From NCBI GenBank assembly GCA_002269645.1, contig NIVC01003976.1:1-64000 (forward strand): a DNA stretch of 64,000 bases, given 5' to 3'. Below are positions 48,001 to 60,765 of this stretch, piece by piece. The notes under the pieces were generated by a model. That model was not told where the DNA came from. It ran no database searches and saw only the letters and a list, made by a program, of their open reading frames with translations. The translations under genes were made by a program, and so were the position numbers. Origin of the DNA: Macrostomum lignano (lineage: Eukaryota). Position 1 is the stretch's first letter; each line of letters begins with the position of its first letter.

Positions 48001-51000
48001 ATGACGTAGTAATGAGACATGTAGTGTAAATACGAATTCGTAAAGCTTAGAATTACTTTGAAATTGAGACATGTTTTTATAGCCATAGTCCATAGACTAT
48101 TCATATTATCAACTAATACTGAACTGCTTACTATAGCCCATAGGCATAACTATGCACTCGCACTTGTAAATATACCCCATGTATAGCTAAATAATTAATA
48201 AGTAGCAGGTAAAACAATTAATAACTTTTTTTATTTTTTTTAACTTTCAAACTTTGTATATTAAAATGTAAATAGAATATAAAAAGTGGCTTGGAATATT
48301 TTGAAAAAGATTAATATATTTTCATTCATGATATATTACAACTAGAGTTTTAAGAACTTAGAACATAATTACAATATAAGAAGCAAAAAGTAATATCTAT
48401 TCTCTTCAGAAATGCATTTGAATATAGCAATATTTCCTATTGGATAGTTTTGATCAAAAATCAGGGATTTAATGTCTACTAACAGATTTAATTTATATTG
48501 TAATCTATTTTATATTCCTAATCTGCTCTAATAGAAATTATTTAACCTTATTTAAAATGATGTTTTTCACTTTTATTCAAGCAATGCCAGGACTTCTTTG
48601 AGACTGCTCTTCATATGCCTTTCATTCTGAGCTCTAGGCCTTAGGCCTTACCTACCTAAAGCCCAATGTAAACAATGAAACTAGTGGAGTTCCTGCATGT
48701 CATCTTCACAATTGGTTGAGTGAATCAAGCACTTTATTTATGTACAAACCTAGTCTATCCAAACAAACTGTTGCAATGTTGGCGACTCCACTTAGCAGCC
48801 CTCTTCTGCCCACAGGCCACAGCTGGTTCAGGAGGTGCTGCGCAGCTTACTTTTGGATTATGGCACCGCGAATTCTGGTGGCTATGTGGCCTACATTTTC
48901 GCACATACCACGAGGCGCACCTTTTTCTTTTTAAGGACCTTATGTTTGTCAGCGTGCTATTGTGTAGGCCTATTGTGTAGGCCTGAGATATACCGAAAAT
49001 ATTGCTTTGAATTTAAGTTAATTGATCTGCTTCAGGACTTTAATACTTGTGCCTAAAACTTCTAAAACCTATTGTTGTTGTCTGTTCGTCTTTTTCTTTT
49101 TAAAAATTAAAAGGCCTTAAAAGCTTTATTTAGAGCTTTGTGAGATTCGAATTTGTCTTGAAACTTGAAACTTGAAACTGGATAGGGGCATAGCCAAATA
49201 ACTTGTCTACCCTTCTTGAGACAGCCACATGGATTTTCTGTTCTGATCTGTGCGGAACTTTAAGCGCATGGTTTAAAAATGTTCACTTATGTCAAATCGG
49301 GGGTATCGGTTTACCTCGTCTTACTTTACTTACACATACATGCATACGAGTATTTAGCTTCAAAATTGATTTTGACTTGGAAGGCTATTATATCTGAGAC
49401 AAATGAAAATATGGAATATTTTGGGCTTGTGCCGGGCTATCGTAGCTATATGTTCGTTTTCTCTATTTGGTACTCGTACTCGTACACTGGCATTCTGTCT
49501 TGAGTGCTCTTTACGAGTATAGAGTTGTTTTTTATCTTCCTCTTTACTTTCCATCGTACTTTATAGTGTAGCTACAGTACGGAAGTTTTATCTCCATAGG
49601 TTGTGTCGTTATCGTAAGGATTATATTCTGTTTCTACAATACATTTATCGCATCGAGTACAGCCGGAGCTAAGTGTTTTTCTCGTTTTATGACATTTTCT
49701 CTCCTTGGCTTAAAAGTAATGTAAGAAGTTTAAAACTACATGTACTTTCCTCAACTAACACCATCGTCGCGTGTAATCGACGTCATACTTTACAATTCTC
49801 GAGCATTCATGCAGCTGACATCGCAGAAGAAGTTCCTTTGCCGGCTGATGTCAGTTTGCGGAGGCAGATCGACACACTGAGAGTGCAACCAGCGCTTGCA
49901 ACCATCGCACTGCACCCACTGGGCATCTGATGGCTGCAGACAGATCTCAGCATCGCATGCATTAACCTCGGCGACAGCACTCCGAGCGCCACGCCCTCTT
50001 CCACGGCCACGGCCTCGTCCATACATGGTGTTCCTGGTAGGCATGTGCAGGTGAGTGCTCGATACTGAACCTGCAGTGGGGGGCATTTTTCGGTTCGCCA
50101 TACGTGATGCATCTTGGAGATGTCCCGCATGTCGGACAACTTCAGCATCTCCAGTATGTTGCGGAACTCCTGAATATCCCGCTCCTCAATCAACCAAGAT
50201 AACACCTTTAGCGGATTGTCAGCCGATCGTATAGCCGATAGGACGTCCTGTGGCGTGATGACATTGCCTCGGCTGACAACGATTTGATCACAGCGGCGCT
50301 TAACAGCCGCGCCGACACCATCGGCAGCTCCTTTGCCATGGCCAGCCTCGGTGTACAACCATTGCCACTCAGTAATGTCAAGGTGCAGCAGTAGACGATT
50401 GAAGATATATATCATCTTCCTGCTGCGATATTGACTGGATGGTGAGTCGCTAAGCATCGACACCCGGCGAATGGGGACGCCCAGATCTTCGCACTCGTTC
50501 AGAAAAAACAGTAGTACAGGCTTGAGGTGCGCGGCAATTGCATCGGCAGTCTTAGCCTTGACGTCCGAAACAGTAATAAATGAAGTCGGCTTCCATCCAC
50601 TGACGTATCCAACTCCCTGATGCAGGACTATACTGTCTTGATCGCCAAAGTGCGCTGACTGCACCTCTTTGCTGTATTTTGCCGCATAATTCTCCGAGAA
50701 GTCGACGTGCAGTAAAAGGTGGCCAGGCTGCAGCGTCAACTTGAGGAACTTTATTGCGCGAAACTGGTTCCTAATGCGGTGAAAGTGGGAGGCAAAGGCT
50801 CGCAGTTTGCAATGAAGCAGACTGACTGCTTCCTGGCACTCTGCTATCAACTTGACCACCTCTACACCGCTGCGACCGTCCGTGCGCTGTCTCCAAGCCT
50901 CATACGTCACGCGAGGCTTCGCAGCCGCTACCTCGTTGACAACTGGCGACTTCGTCCTGCAGTCATCACAGGCACGCATGAGGCAGGCAGGAGAATCGTC

Positions 51001-54000
51001 CCTGCAGACGAAGAGCTGCAGCAGATCGCGAAGGCTGGTGCAGGGTATCAGGCGAGCAGTGTGCATAGCCTTCGCCAGATACTCCAAATTTGTGCATTGC
51101 ATGCACATGCACAGCGGCCTGTCGCAGAGACGCGGCTTGACTACCTGTAATGAATTGAGACAAATTCGATTGAATTGGAATTGAGTCGGAGTTGTTCACC
51201 AAAGTCTCTAGATTGAAGTGTCGGTCTCATATTTTTTTAATTTATTTTTTCGTAGGAATAACATATATAGCAGCGAAGAAGTACTGTACGTAGAAATCGA
51301 TTAGATTTGGGCTTTGTCAATCAAGGGAGGGTGTAAAATGATATGTTAGCTGCACAAGCTGGCACAGTTCATAGCAGTATCAGATAATTAATTAAATTTA
51401 CCTCGAACGGTTTCGTCTAAATGTAGAGAGGCTGATCTGGCGACGCTCAGGAAACTCGGCGAGGTACTTGCTATGCAGCGACTTCAGGGTGTCACACAAG
51501 TATCGCTTCTGCCGCTTCTCCTTTTCGCCAGTCACGCGGTCGACGCCCGTGATTGTCTCATGCTTTGCAGCACTGGCACGGGAATTTTCATCGTCATAAA
51601 AGAAGTCGACAATGTGCTGTTGTCTCTCTTTGATTCGTTTTACTGCTTGCCTTTTCAGAATTTTCGCTGTTGCACCAAAACACTTCAGCACTGCCTTGCG
51701 CTGTGCCCCAACTGGTGTGCTTGCCACAATGCACCGTGTCATCTTCCGGCAGATGGAAAAACGCCGTACTCTGGCAATCGCATCCTGTATTACATGCCTC
51801 GCCATTTCAGCATCTTTGTGTCGGCGCTCCGCTTTAGCTGATTGGCGCTGCTCTCTGCGCAGTTTGAGACGCAACTTGTTGATGGTCCGCTGATGACTAA
51901 AGATAGCATCGTCGTAGTGCTCAACCAACTTCCTGCGCTCTCGTAACCGGGCAGCATCAGAGCGGGAAAGTTTTGACCGTGTCGTCCTTTCTCCGGCATC
52001 TGGGGGTGGTGAACAGCCATGGTAGCGTCGATAGGCGCGCCGTCTCTCATGCTGCAGGTAGTCAGCATAGCTGTCAAATTTTTTTTCTATGTAGCGCTGC
52101 TGCTGTTCCTGCTTCACCTGTTTCCTAGATGGCCTAAATGGCATGCTCTGAAAAGGTTAGAAAATACATATAATGAGAACGGGAATTTCAGCTCAGATAT
52201 ATTGGCATATTTTTTCTCTCTCCGTATTTTATGCACTACTGCTAGTAGCAGTAGCATTCTCTCCTTTCCTTTTTCTTTTCATCTTATACTTTTCCGTAAT
52301 ATTTTCATCTCTAGCTGTTTCTTGTTTTCTTCTTTTTCTTTCATAGCTGAAAGGTACACTGTGGAGATGGAACATTTTACTGTCAGAGAGATAATGAGTG
52401 AACGCTTTGTCTGTATTTTTTGCTGTCTTCTTGTAGATTTCAAGATATTAAATTACGAGTATCAAGTTATTTGAGCATGATTACATAAGTTATTCTAATG
52501 TTATAATCTTCATGATGCCCCAAAATTATTGATGCTAGGTAAATCTGATTTCAATTAAATAAACCAATGAATTTGGTTCTAAGTAAATTTAAAGTCAATC
52601 AGACCTGATTAGTTGGTGTTAGTAAGTGACGTCTCTGATTAATCTTTGATATTCTACTATCTTTGGTGGCCTTAGACTAGAATAGCTAGTCATTAAAAAT
52701 TTTAACTGACAGTCAATAAATAAATGTTTAAAGTAATTTTTACAAAAATTAACTCAACTTATTCAGCATGAAATTTAAAGCATAATAAATATCATCAAAA
52801 ATAACTAACTAAATCCTAATTCATTACAAATTGTACATTAATTGGCAATAAAATTAAATTAGGTCCTCCCTGCTGTAAAGCAAAAAAAATGCTTCTTTAT
52901 AGGGTTCTTTGCAGTGCCTTTATGAAATATCTAAGCTTTTCATTGTACATGCTCCACACAGTGGGCTTCCGGAGAAAAAAATCATGACAAAAACTAACAT
53001 ATATGACATTCAGGAGCCAACAAAGAGTGCCATTTAGTAAAGAAAAAAAATGCTTCAAGCTTGATAAGTGTGTAATAACATATTGTAATTCTAAAAGCTG
53101 GCAATTATTCATTTTGTTACAACAGACTACTGGAGAAAATCACTTTGTGCTCCCTAACTATTAAAAAGTATCTTTATATTGTTGTAGAATATTTTACAGT
53201 AGGTAATATGTAAGGGTTTTTTTTAATAAAAAAGCTTGGATTTAATGCTAAATTATTTCTAAAATAGAAAAGTGAATAATCCCATTAGATACATCAATGT
53301 AGATTAGTCTTTAACCTATTCTCATATGAGCATACATGTGGGATGTCATAATTAATGTTAACCACCAAAACGAAGAATATTCGAACTCCAACAGGGTTTG
53401 TACAATAAAATCATTACTCATGCATGCATTTAACGCAAATTAACTTAAAACTTTCAATATCTACCTTAATTCCTACATTTTTGTAGCCCTAATTTGTAAA
53501 TCATATAGACATTTTTCGCACGTGGTCAGCGTGGTTGAATTTCCGCCAAAAAAATTATCGCTGAAAAAAGGACATATTTTGTCTTTTAGAGGGGCGAAAA
53601 AGACTATTTTTTTTAATTATGGTAATATTATTTATATTTCACGGTTTAATGGAAGATTAAACCAGTCATACTCATTAAAAAACAGATAAAACTTGGTATT
53701 ACAAAGTTTGAATGGTGTAAACTCGCGATGCCCTCGTTTTGACTTTGCCCCGGAATCTACAGAATGTGACAGCAAATACCATATTTCCGTAGTCGTAGCC
53801 ATAAGAGCAGCTAGCTACCGTAGGCGTATCTGTAGCTGCCGTAGGCACCTATTTTACCATATTTGCCGTAGGATCCCGTAGCTGTAGCTACAGCTACGGC
53901 GGAACACTACTTTTTTACTTATAATGCTTTTAATTTTTTACTACAAGGCTACAATATATTTATCAATGTTTTAGGTTATGGAATTAGGGAATTGGGATCA

Positions 54001-57000
54001 TACCACACTCATGATCATGTAGTATATGCCTATGCCCAAAAATTTGGGCATGCATTGGCCTTGCATGCCAAAATTAGGCATGCATAGTTGGTGTGCATCA
54101 TATATGCGCAACTGCTGGCCAACCTGGCCAATCTGGCCACTGTAAATTGTGGTGGACCAGGGGTAAGTCGCAAAAATGCCCACCCCAAAGAATATAGACA
54201 TAGTACTAATTAGATGATGAGGCACTCTTATAAGGCATCCCTTATAAGACAGTCATAGTTACTCTTACTATTTACCCAAAATTGTGTTAATGTTGCTCTA
54301 GGGTTTCTTTCACAGGTAATTTGCATTTCTGGTCAAAAAGTAAGTTGCATGGCCAGTGTAAACCAGGGGGGGTGCGCATGTACGGTGTGCATCACTCCTA
54401 AGAAAATAGTATGTATGTATACCTGGTGTATACTTTATAAAATCACACTGAAGAGTTTTTGTAAAGTAGAAAAAAGATGAAAAAAGTTCATTTTCAAGTG
54501 TAAATTTCAAGCTTTCTAGTTTTTTAGCCTGTTATGAAGCACTTAAACAAATCTTTGTGTATATTGATTTTTTGCTATAAATAATATTGCCTAAAAAGCA
54601 TTAAAACTAACCAAATTATTTGCTAAAAAGGGTTCATTACACAATTTTAAAAAGGCCCCTTTTTGTCACAATGTTAAAAAGGTCATTTATGGTTGCAATA
54701 CCAACATATTTTTGAGAATGGGTATGCACTCAATTTTTTTGGCGTGCATTTGCAATTATTCAATTTCTGTTTGGGTGTGCACCCAGCATGATCCGGACTA
54801 TAGGGATCATATTTTGAATACATATTAGCATAATAGATATGATTTAATAGGGGTTTTAGTTTTTTAATAAAAGCTTGGCTAGTATTTTGTTGAACTATAA
54901 AATATAGAATATTAGTTAAAATAGAATAATTTTTGTTGTATATAATAAGGCCAAGGCTAAATGCACAATTCCCTTACTTTACCATACTCTGGAAAGCATA
55001 TATCATGCCAGAAAATTCTAGTGTGCATTTGGTTTGGCCTAAAAATTGTGACATGTATTGGCATGCAATTGGGTATTGCATGCCAAAAGTGGCATGTTGG
55101 TGTGCTATGGTGTGGAATAGCTGGCATAGAATATGGCCTGGTGTGATAGTAGGTCATGTTTTGTTGAGACAAAAGTTTGTGAAAAGACATGGTCTTGTGA
55201 AGACAAGAGTCATACTTATTTTTATTGCAAAATGACAAGTAAATTTAAATGTGCCAAAAAGAAATGTTGTATATTTGCATGCTATAAAATTTTTTTTAAA
55301 ATGTTGAAGACTTTGCTTTTTTGAAGTGCATTTTTTAAATGTAAAAATTTGGTTCAGAGCATTCCGGCGTGCACTCAACATGATCCAGACTATGTTTGCC
55401 TTATACTGACTATGCAACTTACTTTTTGACCAAAAAATTGACTTATTTATCAAAGAAACATAAGAAAAAAGAAACATAATTTTGGATAAATTGCATGAGT
55501 AACTAGGATTATATTATTAAAGCTAAATATCTTGTCATCTAATTAGTATTTTAAGTTTTAAGTTTTGCTTTTTTCAAGTAGTCATTTTTGCAACTTACAT
55601 TGGCTGTGTTGTGCATATATGGGCCAAAGGGTAGTTGGGGTAGGGTTAATTTTAGCCTTTATTTATGTGCTCTTCTCCATTACATGAGCAATTGGGATTG
55701 ATCATATGCAATTTTTTGTGCTTCAAAATTGAATTCTATAAATATCTGTTGTAATATTCACAAAACAATTAGCTACTGATGTATTTAGTAATTATCCATT
55801 TAACTATACACATGAAATAGCTTATTGTCTAGTCACTGGACACAACTATTAAACATAAACCTAAAGAAATATTTTTGTCCAAAGAGCAAAAGTCCAAGTT
55901 CCTACAGCTGAAGCATCTGAAAACTCTTTATTTTAACCTTACTTTGTCTTTAGCATTATAGCCTAGCTTTTAATATACTCGTATGAGCAATGCTATTTAT
56001 TGATACCATGCAGAATTTGCATAATAAAGATGTGTCTTTTTTAGTATTTTATAGCATAAAAATTTATTTCTGTTTGCAGGCTACTGGCCAGCCAGATGTC
56101 TATGAGTCAGGAGATCTCCCAGAAAGTGATCAACAAAGAGACACAAAGGTAAGTATATATATTCAATGACCTAGTCATTGCCAAGCAGACATTCCATGTT
56201 AATCTCCCTTTCCCCCACAGTTCCCCAGCAACCAGGCAGAGTCAGGCGATGTGGATCAGTCCAGCCTCGATCCAGCCGCAGCCGCCGCAAAGTTCAAAGG
56301 CAAGCAGCTGGACTCCAGTCGGGTGGATTTCACTGACGCCATCAGAGCTGGTCGCAAAATTGGCTACGCTAGCAGTGCCGTTGGCGATCTTGAACTGCTC
56401 GATGAGGCTGCTAGGGATGCTGAAACACCGATGCAGAAGTACAGGTGACTACACATGTTACAGCTAGCAATCTGTGTTCACTGGTGGTGATATATCAATG
56501 CAAACAATGAATATTCAGGCACCAAAAATGAATCCTCAGATACCAAAATGAATCTACAGGTGCCAAAATGAATATTCAAGTACCAAAATGAATCTTCAGG
56601 CACCGAAATAGCTCTTCAGCTACCAAACTTGATCTTCAGGTACCAAAATGGATCTTCAGGTATCAAAATGGATCTTAGGTACCAAAATGAATATTCAAGT
56701 ACCAAAATGAATCTTCAGGCACCGAAATAGCTCTTCAGCTACCAAAATTGATCTTCAGGTACCAAAATGAATGTTCAAGTATCAAAATAAATCGTCAGGT
56801 ACCAAAATGAATCTTCAGGTACCAAGTTGGATCTTCAGGTACCAAAATAAATGCTCAGGTACCAAATTGGATCTTCAGCCACCAGAATGAATCCTTAGGT
56901 ACCAAAATGGATCTTCAGGTACCAAAATGGATCTTCAGGTACCAAAGTGGATCTTCAGGTACCAAAATGGATCTTCAGGTACCAAAGTGGATCTTCAGGT

Positions 57001-59739
57001 ACCAAAATGGATCTTCAGATACCAAAATGGATCTTCGGGTACCGAAATAGATCTTCAGATACCAATATGGATCTTCGGGTACCGAAATGGATCTTCAGAG
57101 TGCCAGAATGCAGTGCCTTGCACTTAATATAGGTCACCGACCTTAAATCTATTTTTTCCAATGCAGACGCCTACAAGCCGAGATTGCCGGCCTGTCTGCC
57201 GCTGTCGAGGAGGCACGCAAATCCGCCGATAGCGCCGGCGACGGCGACAGCGAAGTGTCGCCAGATCAGTTGGCTGCTATGATTCGCGGCGCCCAGTCCG
57301 AGCTGCTGGCGTTGCATCTGGACTCGCTTCTTGGCCCGGAGGCTGAGGGGCTGCACGTGTTCGATCCGGAGGGCTGTTTGGAGAAGCGACTGGCTGGTCA
57401 ATTAGAGCGATTAGGAAAACAGCAGCCAACTGCGGCGGCGGCTGCTCAAGGCGCCAGTGGCTCGCTGGTTTACGAGGTGAGAGCAATTGAAAATCTTGTT
57501 TGGGTATTCGGCGTGAGTAACTATGACATATTTAGCCTCGTCATCTTATTAGTACTTTTAGGTCCTGTATACAGTCACTGTTATTATAGCTGTATATGCA
57601 TAGGTAAATGATTCGTCGCCTAATTAGGGATATACTACACAATCTACAGGTGTACACCAAACCTACTAGCGGGGCACCCGCCGTACCTAAAGACCTCGAA
57701 GCTCGACTAGCCCGCCTCGAAGCGGCCATCGGCGAGGCTCACCTGCGCGCCCCGGCTCTGTCCGGCGATTTGGCCGGCCGACCTCTGCTGGAGGCAACTC
57801 ATCGACTGGCTGGTAAACTGGCCCTGCTGGAGCCGGCCAGTCTGGAGCAGGTGGACTCGCGACTGGCCGCACTTAACCATCGGTTGGCTCAGCTCACCAG
57901 CGACAAGCGGGAGCCCCTGGCCGATGCCGACACTCAGGTGAGATGAAGGTCACGGACAGGGAGGGAGTGAAGGTCACGGACAGGAAGAAAGTGAAGGTCA
58001 TGGACAGGGAGGGAGTGAAGGTCATCGCCAGGGAGGGAGTGAAGGTCATGGACAGGGAGGGAGTGGAGGGCATGGACATTGAGGGAGTGAAGGTCAGGAA
58101 CAGGGAGGGAAGGGCATGGACAGGTAGGAAGTGAAGGTCCTGGACAGGGAGGGAGTGAAGGTCATAGACAGGGTGGGAGGGAAGGGCATGGACAGGTAAG
58201 AAGTGAAGGTCATGAACAGGTAGGAAGTGAAGGTCCTGGACAGGGAGGGAGTGAAGGTCATGGACAGGGAGGGAGTGAAGGTCATGGACAGGGAGGGAGG
58301 GAAGGTCATAGACGGGTGGGAGTGAAGGTCAGGGACAGGGAGGGAGGGAAGGGCATGTATCGGTAGGAAATCAGGGGTGGACAGACGAATATGGCGTCAT
58401 AAATCATGCTGAATAGCATGACAACCGTGATTTAAAGTTTTTTACAGCCAGCGTTAATCCTCCACTGTTTCGCACTGCAGACTCGGGTTGCTGAACTCTA
58501 CGAACTGGTGAAGAAGTGGGACGGCCTGGCCGACTCCGTTCACGGCATTGTGGGCCGCCTGACCGCTTTGCGAGAGCTGCACGAGCAGGTACGGTTTTTT
58601 TCTTATTAAATATTTCCGTTTATAAAAAATTGGAAATTTAAAGCAATTCGACAGGTCTCTCTTAGCCTTCTAATCCTCTAGCAATCCGTCGCTCAAAATC
58701 CGCTCTTAATCCGCCCCTCAAAATCCGCTCTTAATCCGCCCCTCAAAACTCGTTCTCAATCCACCCCTCAAAACCCGCTCTCAATCCGCCCCTCAATCCG
58801 CCCCTCAGAATCCGCTCTCAATCCGCCCCTCAATCCGCCCCTCAGAATCCGCTCTCAATCCGCCGCTCAAAATCCGCTCTCAATCCGCCCCTCAATCCGC
58901 CCCTCAATTCGCCCCTCAGAATCCGCTCTCAATCCGCCGCTCAGAATCCGCTCTCACTCCGCCCCTTAAAATCTGCTCTCAATCCGCCTTTCAAAATCCG
59001 CTTTCAATCCGCCCCTAATTCACTCAATCCGATTTAAATCCGCCCCTCAAAATCCGCTCTCAATCCGCCCCTAATTCACTCAATCCGATTTAAATCCGCC
59101 CCTCAAAATCCGCTCTCAATCCGCCCCTAATTCACTCAATCCGATTTAAAATCCGCCCATCAAAACCCGCTCTCAATCCGCCCCTCAATCTGCCCCTCAA
59201 TCCGCCCCTCAGAATCCGCTCTCAATCCGCCGCTCAGAATCCGCTCTCACTCCGCCCCTTAAAATCTGCTCTCAATCCGCCTTTCAAAATCCGCTTTCAA
59301 TCCGCCCCTAATTCACTCAATCCGATTTAAATCCGCCCCTCAAAATCCGCTCTCAATCCGCCCCTCAATCCGCCCCTCAATCCGCCCCTCAGAATCCGCT
59401 CTTAATCCGCCGCTCAGAATCCGCTCTCACTCCGCCCCTTAAAATCTGCTCTCAATCCGCCTTTCAAAATCCGCTTTCAATCCGCCCCTAATTCACTCAA
59501 TCCGATTTAAATCCGCCCCTCAAAATCCGCTCTCAATCCGCCCCTCAAACTCCCGTTAGGCTATGCAATTCTCCGGCGCCCTGAATCTCATCGATCAATC
59601 TCAGCGAGCTTCATCAGCTCAGCTGGAGTCCTCGGCCAGCCTCCTAGCTGGGCTAGAGAAGCGCCTAACTGAAGATTTGAAGACTGTTCAAGCTAACACG
59701 GCCTCCCTGCAAGAGCGAATGAAGGCGCTTGGCAAATGA
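45043..59739 (+). CDS. DCTN2: Dynactin subunit 2 (p50 dynamitin), 405 aa. Exons 45043-45081, 56080-56148, 56221-56444, 57167-57476, 57650-57937, 58481-58588, 59560-59739
   Basis: MPLDPKYSSLPYI|ATGQPDVYESGDLPESDQ, AAAKFKGK...VDFTD, ETPMQKYRRLQAEI, LHLDSLLGP...DPEGCLEKRL, ELYELVKKWD...GRLTALRELHEQ|AMQF...LQERMKALGK* all match the dynamitin family. Every intron is GT-AG and in phase; 1218 nt with no frameshift. AATAAA at 59778. Confidence 0.96.
45240..46749. mobile_element. 1.5-kb non-autonomous TIR element, Sola1-like
   Basis: 23-bp TIRs GGGCATTTCCGCCAA(A/T)TAGG(G/C)AC with 2 mismatches. 4-bp TSD AAAT at 45236-39 and 46750-53; AWWT 4-bp TSDs are reported for Sola1. Internal GGGT(A/G)CAACATGA repeats; no transposase ORF. 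Confidence 0.8.
46971..53909 (-). mobile_element. 6,939-bp DNA transposon with 15-bp TIRs and an 8-bp TSD, carrying a transposase-PHD gene
   Basis: TIR TAGTGTTCCGCCGTA at 46971-46985 and its exact reverse complement at 53895-53909. TSD CTTTTTTA at 46963-70 and 53910-17. Subterminal CCGTAG and TACCATATT..CCGTAG arrays at both ends. Confidence 0.88.
49790..52144 (-). CDS. Putative DDD-type (Sola-like) transposase with C-terminal PHD finger, ~699 aa. Exons 52144-51402 and 51144-49790, with two 1-nt discrepancies
   Basis: N-terminal DFFYDDENSR..KHETIT..QKRYLCDTLKSLH..ISLSTF; Cys-rich CMC..C / C..C..C segments. Acidic motifs HVDFSENY, LSDSPSSQYR and EAGHGKGAADGVG. PHD CDAEIC..WVQCDGCKRWLHSQC..FFCDVSC lies in a shifted frame. 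Intron AG|GTAAAT...TTACAG|. Confidence 0.78.
54090..55640. mobile_element. Degenerate long-inverted-repeat (foldback) element, unclassified
   Basis: Perfect 20-bp inverted pair at 54331-54350 and 55412-55431; 14-bp pair at 54204-54217 and 55535-55548; further imperfect outer pairs. Ends and TSD not resolved. Confidence 0.55.
56510..57100. repeat. 20-bp minisatellite (GGTACCAAAATGGATCTTCA) in DCTN2 intron 3
   Basis: About 29 units. Confidence 0.95.
57938..58345. repeat. 24-bp minisatellite (GTGAAGGTCATGGACAGGGAGGGA) in DCTN2 intron 5
   Basis: About 17 units starting at the splice donor. Confidence 0.93.
58690..59547. repeat. AATCCGCCCCTC-based minisatellite with ~180-bp higher-order unit, DCTN2 intron 6
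   Basis: A diagnostic block recurs at 59244 and 59424. The array ends about 12 nt before the acceptor. Confidence 0.93.
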
Positions 59740-60174
59740 GAGCGACTGCTTGATAGGCAATAATCTAAGCAAGCAACAATAAATACGGTTCAAAAACTGC
59801 AGTTCTTTTGGAATTCGGGTCACCATTATCTATCTTTTATTGTTACTACTAAACTAGTTTTGCTACTGTAAGTAGTGTAATTATAAGGTACGCTATTATA
59901 ATCTATTATAAATCGTGTGTCTTTGCTTTGTTACGGGTATGCTTTAAGTAAAGTTGTGCACAGAAAGCTGTAAAGCTGTTCGGTTTGTAAGACTAAACAA
60001 TACTAATGCAATAACGCATAGATTTCGTATTGAACTATTAGCATTCAGTCTGCTATCTGCTTTCAATGCTTAGCAATTAAAAGCAGTGTTATTTTTGTGC
60101 CGGAAAATTGATAAGCTTCAAAAGTATACTCTTTGAGTAGAGTCAGCCTAAGAATCTGCCGATAGAATTGCTGG

Positions 60175-60765
60175 AACCCTAATTTAAATCCTGAACCATA
60201 ACACTAAACCCTAATCTAAATCCTGAACCATAACACTAAACCCTAATCTAAATCCTGAACCATAACACTAAACCCTAATCTAAATCCTAAACCATAACCC
60301 TAAACCCTAATTTAAATCCTAAACCATAACCTTAAACCCTAATCTAAATCCTAAACCATAACCTTAAACCCTAATCTAAATCCTAAACCATAACACTAAA
60401 CTCAAATCTAAACTCTAAACCATAATTCCAGACCCTAATCTAAACCCTAAACCATAACCCTAAACCCTAATCTAAATACTAAACCATAACCTAAACCCTA
60501 ACCAAAACACAAAATCATGACCCTAAACCCTAATCTAAATCCTAAACCATAACCCTAAACCCTAATCTGAATTCTGAACCATAACCCTAAACCCTAATCT
60601 AAATCCTAAACCATAACCCTAAACCCTAATCTAAATCCTAAACCATAACCTTAAACCCTAATCTAAACCCTAAACCATAACCCTAAACCCTAATCTAAAT
60701 ACTAAACCATAACCTAAACCCTAACCAAAACACAAAATCATAATCCTAAGCCCTAATCCTAACCG
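60175..60765. repeat. 32-bp minisatellite rich in CCCTAA-like motifs
   Basis: AACCCTAATCTAAATCCTAAACCAT... units with a 32-bp period. Confidence 0.9.
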
